Below are positions 1 through 9,192 of a stretch of DNA of 32,851 nucleotides, in pieces. The stretch comes from Parasitella parasitica NRRL 2501. Its lineage: Eukaryota; Fungi; Mucoromycota. Position 1 is the stretch's first letter, and every line of letters begins with the position of its first letter. The notes under the pieces are model-generated. The model was not told the origin of the DNA. It was given only the letters and a program-made list of their open reading frames with translations, and ran no database searches. The stretch spans positions 1-32,851 of the forward strand of contig MU619280.1 of assembly GCA_025201805.1 (NCBI GenBank), in the 5' to 3' direction. Position numbers and translations under genes: made by a program.

Positions 1-143
1 CCATAAATAAACTTTTACTCAAAACAGAGATGCGATCTTTGGAATGCAATGTCATAACGAATATTTGGTAGAAAATATTACTACAAGCACAAAAAAACAG
101 AAATGTCTCAGAAATAATATTATATAATTAAAAATGAGCTATC

Positions 144-1487
144 TCAACTTTTTTTTATAAACGCACAACATTCTGGGGCAAAATCATTTATGTTCTCACA
201 AGCACATAAATGCTCCCATGACCCTAATAATGTTCCCTTTTGAGCACATTTGTGTTCACCGAGAACATCCAGGAGGCCATAGTGGATATCCCTTTGAAAG
301 TGCCCAAAGCCTTCGCAATTATAACATCGTATATTGGTATGAGACGAACCACGACCACCAGAACTATTATCATTTCTAGCACCACGATTTGGATGGCCAC
401 CATGGCCACCACCATGACCACGAAGACCTTTGAATCCCCCACGGGAACCACCACGACCTCGGTAACCACTACGACCATGAGAACCACCACGACCAGACGA
501 ATGCCAAGAGCGCATGTAGTGGAGCAGCTCCTTGGACTCCGCGACTGAAAAATCCATGGGATCATCCACCTGATAATCCATTCCAAGAGAAGATGCCTTC
601 CGAACCGAAGATACACCATCTAAACGATTGCCTTCATAAATGTGCGCAGCCCGAATCACCTCGCTCAGGATCGGATTCTCCATGTCAACATGATCCTTGA
701 TACTGCCTCTAGCTGCCGAGTCCTTCAAACCAGCAATAAACTTATCGACGGCTTCCTCATCCGTCATGCGTGGAATAATCAACTTGATGGTCATGAAGTC
801 TTGTACGTATTGTGTAATAGTCGACAATTGCTTTAAACTACGCATCCTGTCTCGTGCTACGGAAACCGAGTTATCAGGCTTAAAGTAGGCACGCAACTCC
901 GTTTTTAGTTGTAACCAGTTATCCGGAGCAGAATTCAACAATCGCAGGTTTTGATACCATACTTTTGCGGCACCCGTAAGTAATGTTACACCCAATTTAG
1001 CTGACTTGATGTGATCGAGACTCTTGAGATCCGAGTAATCATCTATGGATAGAATCCATGCTTCAATTGTGTGAGGATCTCTGGAACCATCATATTTGCG
1101 AGGTTTTTCAACGAAATCAAAAGCATCATCTGTATGCTTCTTCGAAAGTATCACCTCTTTCAAAATTTCTGCGATTTTTAAGATATCACTGTTGTTGCCT
1201 GCTTCACCAGCAGATGAAGATTCACCTTTGTTCATTTTGTTGTTGTTGAGTGATCCTGGTCCAAAAAATTTACGTGCCAATTCACTTGCTAACTTGTGCC
1301 AATGTTCTTCTCTTTTTATTGTTGATGTCAATCTTTCTTCTTTAGTAAATTGACCACTTTTTGTCCTTCTTAATTTGCTGTTATAATAGTCAATATCGTC
1401 TTGATATTTAAGTTGTTTGATGACCTTTTCTTCAATTTCAAATTGGTTTTTTAACTTCTGGAGGTCTTCTTCAGGTATATTTGACAT
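144..1487 (-). CDS. gag: Ty3/Gypsy-type retrotransposon Gag (capsid domain, RGG-rich linker, broken CCHC zinc knuckle); no pol follows
   Basis: 447-aa ORF. It has a retrotransposon-gag-like core (PRKYDGSRD...EAWI...LLTGAAKVWY...W.QLK.EL...F...ARDRMRSLKQ...YV.DF...F.AGL), an RGG-rich tract, and CYNCEGFGHFQRD(I), which is CX2CX4HX4 with the last Cys missing. It starts just downstream of the PBS and LTR. Confidence 0.9.
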   Translation of the reverse strand: MSNIPEEDLQKLKNQFEIEEKVIKQLKYQDDIDYYNSKLRRTKSGQFTKEERLTSTIKREEHWHKLASELARKFFGPGSLNNNKMNKGESSSAGEAGNNSDILKIAEILKEVILSKKHTDDAFDFVEKPRKYDGSRDPHTIEAWILSIDDYSDLKSLDHIKSAKLGVTLLTGAAKVWYQNLRLLNSAPDNWLQLKTELRAYFKPDNSVSVARDRMRSLKQLSTITQYVQDFMTIKLIIPRMTDEEAVDKFIAGLKDSAARGSIKDHVDMENPILSEVIRAAHIYEGNRLDGVSSVRKASSLGMDYQVDDPMDFSVAESKELLHYMRSWHSSGRGGSHGRSGYRGRGGSRGGFKGLRGHGGGHGGHPNRGARNDNSSGGRGSSHTNIRCYNCEGFGHFQRDIHYGLLDVLGEHKCAQKGTLLGSWEHLCACENINDFAPECCAFIKKS

Positions 1488-1537
1488 TCACCAATCACTT
1501 GAATAAAATAAAAAAAAAAAAAACGATAAATTGGTTC

Positions 1538-1548
1538 AGATGCTACCA
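1538..1548 (-). promoter_or_regulatory. Primer binding site, probably complementary to initiator tRNA-Met
   Basis: TGGTAGCATCT begins 2 nt after the LTR end. It is complementary to a tRNA 3' end ...AGAUGCUACCA, and GCUA-CCA is typical of eukaryotic tRNAi-Met. The primer identity is inferred. Confidence 0.7.
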
Positions 1549-1550
1549 AA

Positions 1551-1705
1551 TGTCGTGTGCAGATAAATATGTTTTAGAGTAAAATTATAGGAAGTATGTA
1601 AAATGTTATATATGAGATAAAAAGATACCTTTATTATTTTAAGATACAATTGATATTTATATACTAATTAAAATGGTTACACACAAAGTCTGTGAGCAAC
1701 TGACA
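1551..1705 (-). repeat. 5' LTR, 155 bp
   Basis: TGTC...GACA termini. On the minus strand it has TATAAATA (1654-1661) followed by AATAAA (1630-1635). It is homologous to 32188-32340 (first 13 plus-strand nt identical, shared CAATTGATATTTATA and GTTACACACAAAGTCTGTG blocks). Confidence 0.9.
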
Positions 1706-1738
1706 ATGGCATTTGACATCGAAAAACATATTTTTTAT

Positions 1739-1748
1739 AAAAAAAAAA
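1739..1748 (-). terminator. Pol III terminator (T10) of tRNA-Leu
   Basis: Run of 10 T on the minus strand, 6 nt after the tRNA discriminator base. Confidence 0.8.
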
Positions 1749-1754
1749 TTATGT

Positions 1755-1836
1755 TGCCAACTGTGAGATTCGAACTCACGCCTCTCTCGAGATCGCAACT
1801 TGAGTGCGACGCCTTAGACCGCTCGGCCAAATTGGC
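1755..1836 (-). tRNA. tRNA-Leu (CAA), intronless
   Basis: Minus strand reads GCCAATTTGGCCGAGCGGTCTAAGGCGTCGCACTCAAGTTGCGATCTCGAGAGAGGCGTGAGTTCGAATCTCACAGTTGGCA. Anticodon arm TCGCA-CT CAA GT-TGCGA, long variable arm, T arm GTGAG-TTCGAAT-CTCAC. Confidence 0.96.
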
Positions 1837-4800
1837 TTTCGTAATATCGACAAATGCAAATATGGTTATTGAGTTTCTAAAGGGTGTAATGTAGATACAC
1901 AGAAATAGTAGATTTAAAATATAATACAATTGGCAATATTGTATTATAGGTTGTAACAAGATAAAAAGGTGTGTTTATTGTTTTATGTTTGTATCAATAG
2001 TATAAAGGGATTGTTCGTGTAATATGACATGTAACCTTTGTCTCATATTTTTAGTTCACGGGATTCTAGGTTTGGACCTACGTGTTAATGTCAAAATAAG
2101 TCAGTAAAATGAATCTGCCAAAGAGTTACACTTTTATTAGAAACACATCCTCTGGATGTATTTATATAAACTAACATTATGTGCTAACGTCATCATACAC
2201 AACTGTAACCAAGATTTATATATAGAGCATGCGGTGTAAATCCCTGATTTACCACGCACATTGGCTTTTAGCCCCTTGATCTTGCTACAAGGTCTATGAC
2301 ATGTTATTGATATAACACTACGCTTCTTTCCTTTATTTGAGTTTAAAGCTTGTATCACATCCTATAGTTCGTAATCACTATCTAATTTTCTCTCGACAAT
2401 GACAATGTGATACTTGCCGTTGTTTAGAATAACAGAATATAGCCAGAAAAATACAATTAGAATTGAATATATTTATTCTGCTATTCCAAGATTGAATGAG
2501 GATTTAACTTGGTGTGCACTTTGAAGGTACTTATAATTATTTGACAGTGCCGCAGCAATAAGACCATGATCTAGGATGAGGAATAATTGGGTACGCCTTG
2601 AACCAATACCTAGGAGCTGGATTGATCAGAGCTTCCAAGTTACCAGTAAGACAAGAGCGCAGATACGTATGAAGGATAGAATGTTCTTCATAGTGGTTTT
2701 GACGGAAGAACATTCATCAGAATTTAACACCGATTTTAGGAACCACATTGTTGTATCTATAGAATACCATGGTTACCACTATTTCAACTCAGTTGTCATG
2801 GCAACCGTTCCTAATCGGATTTAAGGTTAAATGGCATCGATTATTCTATCTAGTAAATAGAAGTATTCAATAGAATGTCTTGTATAAGAAACCATCTATT
2901 TGGGTTCTACTTATTCTAAATTGCGAAGCTCAACTTATCGATGAATGATTCACATTCGTAACGATTAGTTGATTAAATATAGAAATAGGTCTTGCTCTGA
3001 CTTCTGCTGTGTTATAATCTTGTTTGACAATTAAATGTCAAACATGACCTGATTGTATTTGTAATGAAATGGCACCTATTATATAGCACCACAATTACAT
3101 TAAAATAAAATCCAGATGGATCATGGCTGATCCATCCAAGAAAGAAATACATGAAAAGCACAAGTAAACATTAACAAGTGTTGGTAGAGGCTTGCACTCC
3201 TGATCAAAGTACAATCTCCTACAACCCTGGCACATGCTAATGTTGAACAACGCTACTCATAATTACAAATAAACAAATTCTAAACATGTATAAACAATGC
3301 AATTGTCAAAACAATTGCAATAATTCTAGATGCCAGAAATGGCTTGTTTATTACACAATAAGGAAAGCTCAGTCGCATTAGAAATAATCAGGATCCTCAA
3401 ATATGACAATCCTGCCCAAAACCATAGTATCAATTTCAATACCAACATATCGAAATCTCAACTACAATACAAGTGAGAGAATGTCAACAAAAGTCATTCT
3501 TCAAATAAGCTGTAAAATAAGCATTCTCACTGTAGCGAGGCAATTTTACAAGTAGTATAAATACAAGCTCTCTTAAAAATCATGTATCTTTTCTTCAGTT
3601 TTTCTTTTAATCGAAAATAAAGGTGGAAAGACTATAATTGTATTTCTCTGGCTTTATTTTTTTTATTTTTTTTATTTTCACATAAAATTGATCCCAATTT
3701 TATTGCAGTATTTTTTAGATTGATTTAGATTCTAATATAAATAGACAGCTTCTTGTCAATCAATAAATCAATAGTTTTGTATCTGGTAAACTAAGTCTTT
3801 ATTACATTCTTATATTTTTATATCACATACAATCACCTGCTGTGCTCATTTTCAAGACCTGGCACAACACACATGTCATAGGATATCACCACTTTGCACT
3901 GGGATAAAGATCAGCCATTCAATGGCACCACTCATGTTTCTTTGCCATATCTAAATAAAGTCATTCCATTCTACTACGCATTTCTACTCATGCTCGCTTT
4001 ATGATGTATTATACTTTGTATAATACATTGGCACTAAGATTTGATCTGTATCCTAAACATTTGTAACCCATTAGCTATTAACAAGCTGACAGATACTGTA
4101 CCAAAAGTTCTGGCTGAGCATAACAGGTGGTGGCGTTCTATTAGTATCTATTGAAATATAGTAGGTTATAAATAAATTTGCTTTAATAACTATCTCTTTA
4201 ATATTGGAGCATGCGAGCTGGATCTTTTGTTTTAACCCATTAAAACCAGCTTTGAGGATACTACCGAATGGAATTTTTCTTGTAAAGCCTTGTATTTAGC
4301 CCCAAGGTTATTACGCAGAATTTGACTTTACTTGAAATATTATATAGGCATGTAATCTTCCACATTTAATAGGTTTTGTAGCTTCATGTTTAGTTTTTGT
4401 GTTGTTTTGAATATTTCTTGTCTATTTTAGTTGCAGGGCTCTGCTTTCTTTTACTATTGGTTGTATCAACTTTTGATTTAAATGTTATATCTGAGTCTGC
4501 AGTTGGAGGTATAAGTAATTTGCATTTATAATAGTTTTTAAAATAGTGCCAACTTCGTTGCGATCAACACAAAGAACATCTGTTATGTATAATACATTTT
4601 AACTTTGACTGTGTAAGATTAAATGTATACCAACTGATCCAGCTGCTGCTTGGCCTTTCCGTGCTTCGAAAACATCTTTTTTAAAATGGTTATTTCATGC
4701 ATTTCTATGTACTAGTGCAAAGTAAAGATACAAAGCAACATGATTTTCACCATCAATTGCAAATATTGAGGTACTAACGCATAGTTACAGATGATTTGAA

Positions 4801-5055
4801 TATTATATATTAATGTCAAGCTGCGATTACTGTGCATGCTTTTTGAACGGAAGCTTAGGATACCAACTGCTTTTATTTTCTAAAATACGAGATGACTTAT
4901 AAATCAATGTATCTCAGGTTTCTCTACTTTTCCAAATGGCCTTTTCTTCACTTCCTTTTTCTAGATGCCTTCTATTTTTAATCCTCCCTCTAAATCTTTG
5001 TTTTTGCTTGCCACAGAATTAATGTATTCTTTTCTGAATGCGTATAATCGTCTAC

Positions 5056-5077
5056 AAAAAAAAAAAAAAAAAAAAAA
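5056..5077. repeat. Poly(dA:dT) tract, 22 bp, upstream of USO1
   Basis: Homopolymer A run about 130 bp before the USO1 ATG. A nucleosome-disfavouring promoter role is possible but inferred. Confidence 0.6.
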
Positions 5078-5207
5078 TCCAGTCTTGAAATCCTAAAGCA
5101 AGAACTCAAGGAGTCTGCCAACATGACTGATTGGCTGCTGGGACCCAGATACAATTATAATAGGAACCATCCGCTTTTTTTTACTTATTTATTTTCTCCA
5201 TAAACAA

Positions 5208-8200
5208 ATGGACTTTTTCTCTAGAGGATACACGGCCTTAAGAGGTGAGCGCGGACAGCCCCAATCTGCTGATGAGACGATTGAAAAGCTTGCCGACTGT
5301 CTCGAGACCGCGACTTTATTAGAAGATAGGCGTGCAGGCGTCTTAAGCCTGAAGGGCTTAGTTAGAGATTGGCCAGAGGTAAACTTCTACTTTTGTTGAG
5401 AAGAATACTAGCTATTGATCACGACATATTATATCAGGAAGTTGGAAATAAGAGCTTTCCTGGGTTGATTAAAGTTTTACACACTGACTATAAAGATGTG
5501 GACATAACAAAATCTCTTTTGGAAACCATTACAATTCTTTGCACTGTTCAACACCAAGTAAGACCACGTCAAGGCGAAAAATGAAAAATGAAAGATGAAT
5601 ACTGAATAATGACTTTCTAGCAAGATAAAGATGACAGAGGATTCAAATTCACAGATTATTTCATTGAGGTAAATGAGGTTGCCTAAACGAAACTAAAAGG
5701 AAGTAAAATTCAGTAACGAGTATACAGGATTCTAGCAACGTTACCATCCTTCTAGATGTTTTAGAGGAATTTGATTTCTATGTTCGATATAACACCATAA
5801 AATTACTATCGACACTATTAGCAAACAGAAGTAAACGAATTCAAGAATGCATCTTGACAAATCCCATGGGTATTTCTCGCCTTGTGGACATGCTGGATGA
5901 CAAAAGAGATATAATAAGAAATGGTAAACAGCTGTACTGCTACTGGAACCTGTGGATTAATATTATTTTTTAGAAGGGTTACTCTTGTTAATTGGTCTTA
6001 CCCGTAGCAATACTGAAGTGCAAAAGATTGTTACTTTCCAAGCTACATTTGAAAAATTATTGGCTGTAATTGAAGAGCAAGAAGGCATCTCGGGTGATAT
6101 TGTCGTACAGGATAGCTTAACATTAATGCACAATTTATTGAGATACAATGTATCTGACCAAGCATACTTTCGCGAAACGAGTTGCATTCAGCAAATTCCT
6201 GGTTTATTAGGTTACGTCGGCGACAGTGATGCCGACCATGTCCCTTATTCATTTGAAGACTGGCCACCTCAAAAGATTGCCAATACTGTTCTGGTTTTAC
6301 AATTGATTCGTATTTTGACCGAACCTGATAGCAGTAGCGCGCCCATTAATCAAAAAGTGATGGTGCAAAGTGGTATTCTTTTGCCTATCGTCCAATTAGG
6401 TCTTTGCTCTAACGCACCTTCCATTGTGCGTACCGAGGCTCTTTATTCGATTGCATATGTTGTAGCCTCTAATACTGAAAACCAAAGTATTTTTAGCAAA
6501 ATCGTAGTTGCTTGTCCGCCTGTTTTGACTCCAGAAGGCCAGATTGATCCTAATGCAGTGCCTGGTATTCCTCGACCTGCAATGGTTTCTCTTATTTCGA
6601 TTGCTGTAACTGAGGATCGTGGAATACCTTATAGCTATTCGAGTCGTGCCGCTGCTACTTATGCTGTATATTCGAGCCTGGAAGAGAACCCGGATGCCCA
6701 GCTTGTTTTGGCATCTACTCTCAGGACACCACCAGAAGATAACGTGAATAGCTCCTTTGCTGGCAAGTGCCATACATTTTTGACGTATTATTTATAATCC
6801 TAACTTTTGACTTTATAGACAAAGCGCACTCTGCCGGATCACTCTTGTTAGAAGTGATCGAGAATTGGGAGCAAACATTATCCGATCCTTACAAGGTGTG
6901 GTTTGCATGCGATATCTTGTCTCATATTATCAGAAATAATGAAAGGGCTAAGGAAATTGCTGGGAGTATTGTGTTTGGAGACGAGGCAAATGGTGAGGAT
7001 CCTGTTCCTTTATTACATCAAATTGTTGCACAATTGTTAATGTCGACCAAGAACCCTTCCACCAATGCACGTATCCCTATCGGCTATTTATGTTTATTGT
7101 GTACCTGGCTTCATGAAAGTCCTGCTTCGGTGAGTTTGTTTCTGGCTGAGAGTACTCATGTTCAGTTCGTAAGTGTGATTCAGTTTAGTGGTATTTGATT
7201 TGAAAGTAATTCTTGAAGTAGTTAATTCAAGAGATGCAATCATCCACCAACGATCCTACAGTACAGGGCCTTGTTGCATATTTACTGGGAATCACATATG
7301 AATATAACGATGACCCGTCTACGCCCTTGGATAGAGCTAAACTTCAGGCTATATTTTCAAGCCGTTTAGATCAATTTAATAGCTTTTTGGCTCGCCTTCG
7401 TGATAGTCCAGCTGTCAAAAATGTACCACAATATCTCCAAATTTCTGCAGAAGACGAATCCATCTCCAATACGACACATTCGCTACCCTCTTTACTTTTG
7501 GATAGTGTTTTTGTAGATTTGTTCAAGTCAAACTATGGTAATTCAATGCATTATAAAAAAGAAAAACATACTAAATTCTAGTAGAAAACATCCAAAAATC
7601 TATAAAAAAAAAACCTGCCAAGTTTAGTAAGGCCGAAAGTCGAACAAGTTAGTAACGACCCTTTTGACAATCATGCTCGCATTTATTAAATTTTATTTAG
7701 ATTCTCCTGCTCCTCCCAGCCCAGTTGTATCAGATCAAGTTGTTCAATCCTACAAGAAAACAATCGAGGAACAGGCCTCTCAAATCAAATCGCTCGAGGC
7801 AAATGTTGCAGAGTTAGAGGCATCTCTGCAGACTTTGGTAATAGAACCACATTTGCATGAATCCAGATTTTTGTTTTGTAACAAAATTTTATAGAAATTA
7901 AACGACGAGCTAATCAAAAGCGAGCTGACAGCAGCTGCTACATTAAAAACATCATTACAGCAACAAATTTCTGATTTGGAAGCTAAATTAGCTGCCGCAG
8001 AAGCCAAGGCTGCCGATAAACTATCGCAAGCCCCTTTAGTAGATAAAAATCAAGTTTCAAAAATTAAAGGATTAGAAAAACAACTCGCTGATGAAAAAGC
8101 CAAATTTGCAGATTTGGAAAAGGAACAAGAGGATCTCCTTGTATGCATGGGTAAGTTTTTTTTGCTTCTTTTTACTCAAAAGGGTATATTTGTCTGATGA

Positions 8201-8300
8201 TTTCGTTGCAGGTGAACAAGATCTGGAGGTTAAAAAGTACAAAAAGAGGCTGAGAGACATAAATGAGGCTGTAACAGATAGTGAAGAAGATGAAGAGTGA
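5208..8300 (+). CDS. USO1: Vesicle tethering factor Uso1/p115 (about 844 aa, 11 exons)
   Basis: Exons 5208-5378, 5438-5557, 5621-5668, 5728-5923, 5974-6762, 6819-7168, 7222-7537, 7585-7647, 7701-7837, 7895-8150 and 8212-8300 splice in frame (2535 nt). Motifs: QSADETIEKL...ATLLEDRR, DFYVRY...LL.LL, NPMGISRLVDMLDDKRDIIRNEGLLLL, QKIVTFQATFEKL, IVVQDSL.L..NLLRYN.S.Q.YFRET, and C-terminal KEQEDLLV plus an acidic tail. Confidence 0.93.
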
Positions 8301-9192
8301 AATAAAGATTGATTTTGCATCAATATACAATAGTAAACTAACCAAACCCAAATTTGATTGAAAGCGCACGCTTTCCAAATCAAAACATCTACTGATATAT
8401 TAATGCAGCATTATTAAATTTATCACGGTACTTTCATATTGATGCAATTTGTTTGAAGAAAAATTGAGAATATCAAAACTGGTTTCTAGATCAATTTTGA
8501 CAGGCTCTGCATGCTGTACACTTTTCGAATAAATATGAACAGTTTATTTGTGATACTCTGCATATCTCACACCTCAGAGCAAATAAATGTTGGCAAGGTG
8601 CAAAAACACATAGTGTTTTGTTTTCTAGCTTTTTGTAAACATTTGATGCGAAATCGTTTGCTGTGATTTAGAGGGATACAGGTGGCTAATATTTTCAGAA
8701 ATGCAACAATTCAGCACTGCTGCTGGCAAGATTTTACTGCCGTAGATTGCATTTATACCTTTAAATTTGTATATTACACTCTATACATTTATGTGTATAT
8801 CGGTATGCATAACTAATTTTTACACCACTGTCAACATTTATGTCTACCTAAAAAAAATATTGCAGCGTCTAATGAGACAACCGCATCTTCTGTGGATTAC
8901 TTGATGTTCTGGAAAAAAAAAGGCATGTAATTTTAAATGTGCTCAATCGAACCGAAAAAAAAAAACAAGAAGGATTATTTGTTATAACATTTTGACTCAT
9001 GAGTGTTACAAATTCAATGTTTAGTGATTCATTAAAGCTTCTATTATGCATTACCCATTGAGAAAAACCGTCCAGTTGGACTGTCTTAGTTACCTTGATA
9101 AAAACTGAAAATATTTTAAGATGAAGAAGCTCATCAACTCTTGTTTGATTCAACATCATCTTTTGAATCAAGAAAAAAAGCATACCTTCATA

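Larger units (their letters stand above)
144..1705 (-). mobile_element. 3'-truncated LTR retrotransposon (5' LTR + PBS + gag)
   Basis: Order on the minus strand is LTR (1705-1551), TT, PBS TGGTAGCATC, short leader, gag ATG at 1487. No protease, RT, integrase or 3' LTR is visible in 1-287. Confidence 0.85.

Noticed and set aside
345-500. ACC/ACG-rich quasi-repeats and Thr- or Val-rich overlapping ORFs
   Set aside because: These are simply the RGG-coding tract of gag read in other frames; not a CRISPR array or satellite.
1673-1959. ORFs 1673-1894 (+) and 1735-1959 (-)
   Set aside because: They overlap the tRNA-Leu gene and LTR and are spurious.
5056-5077. Poly(A) run as the tail of a LINE or retrocopy
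   Set aside because: No TSD and no plus-strand coding or RT signature upstream.
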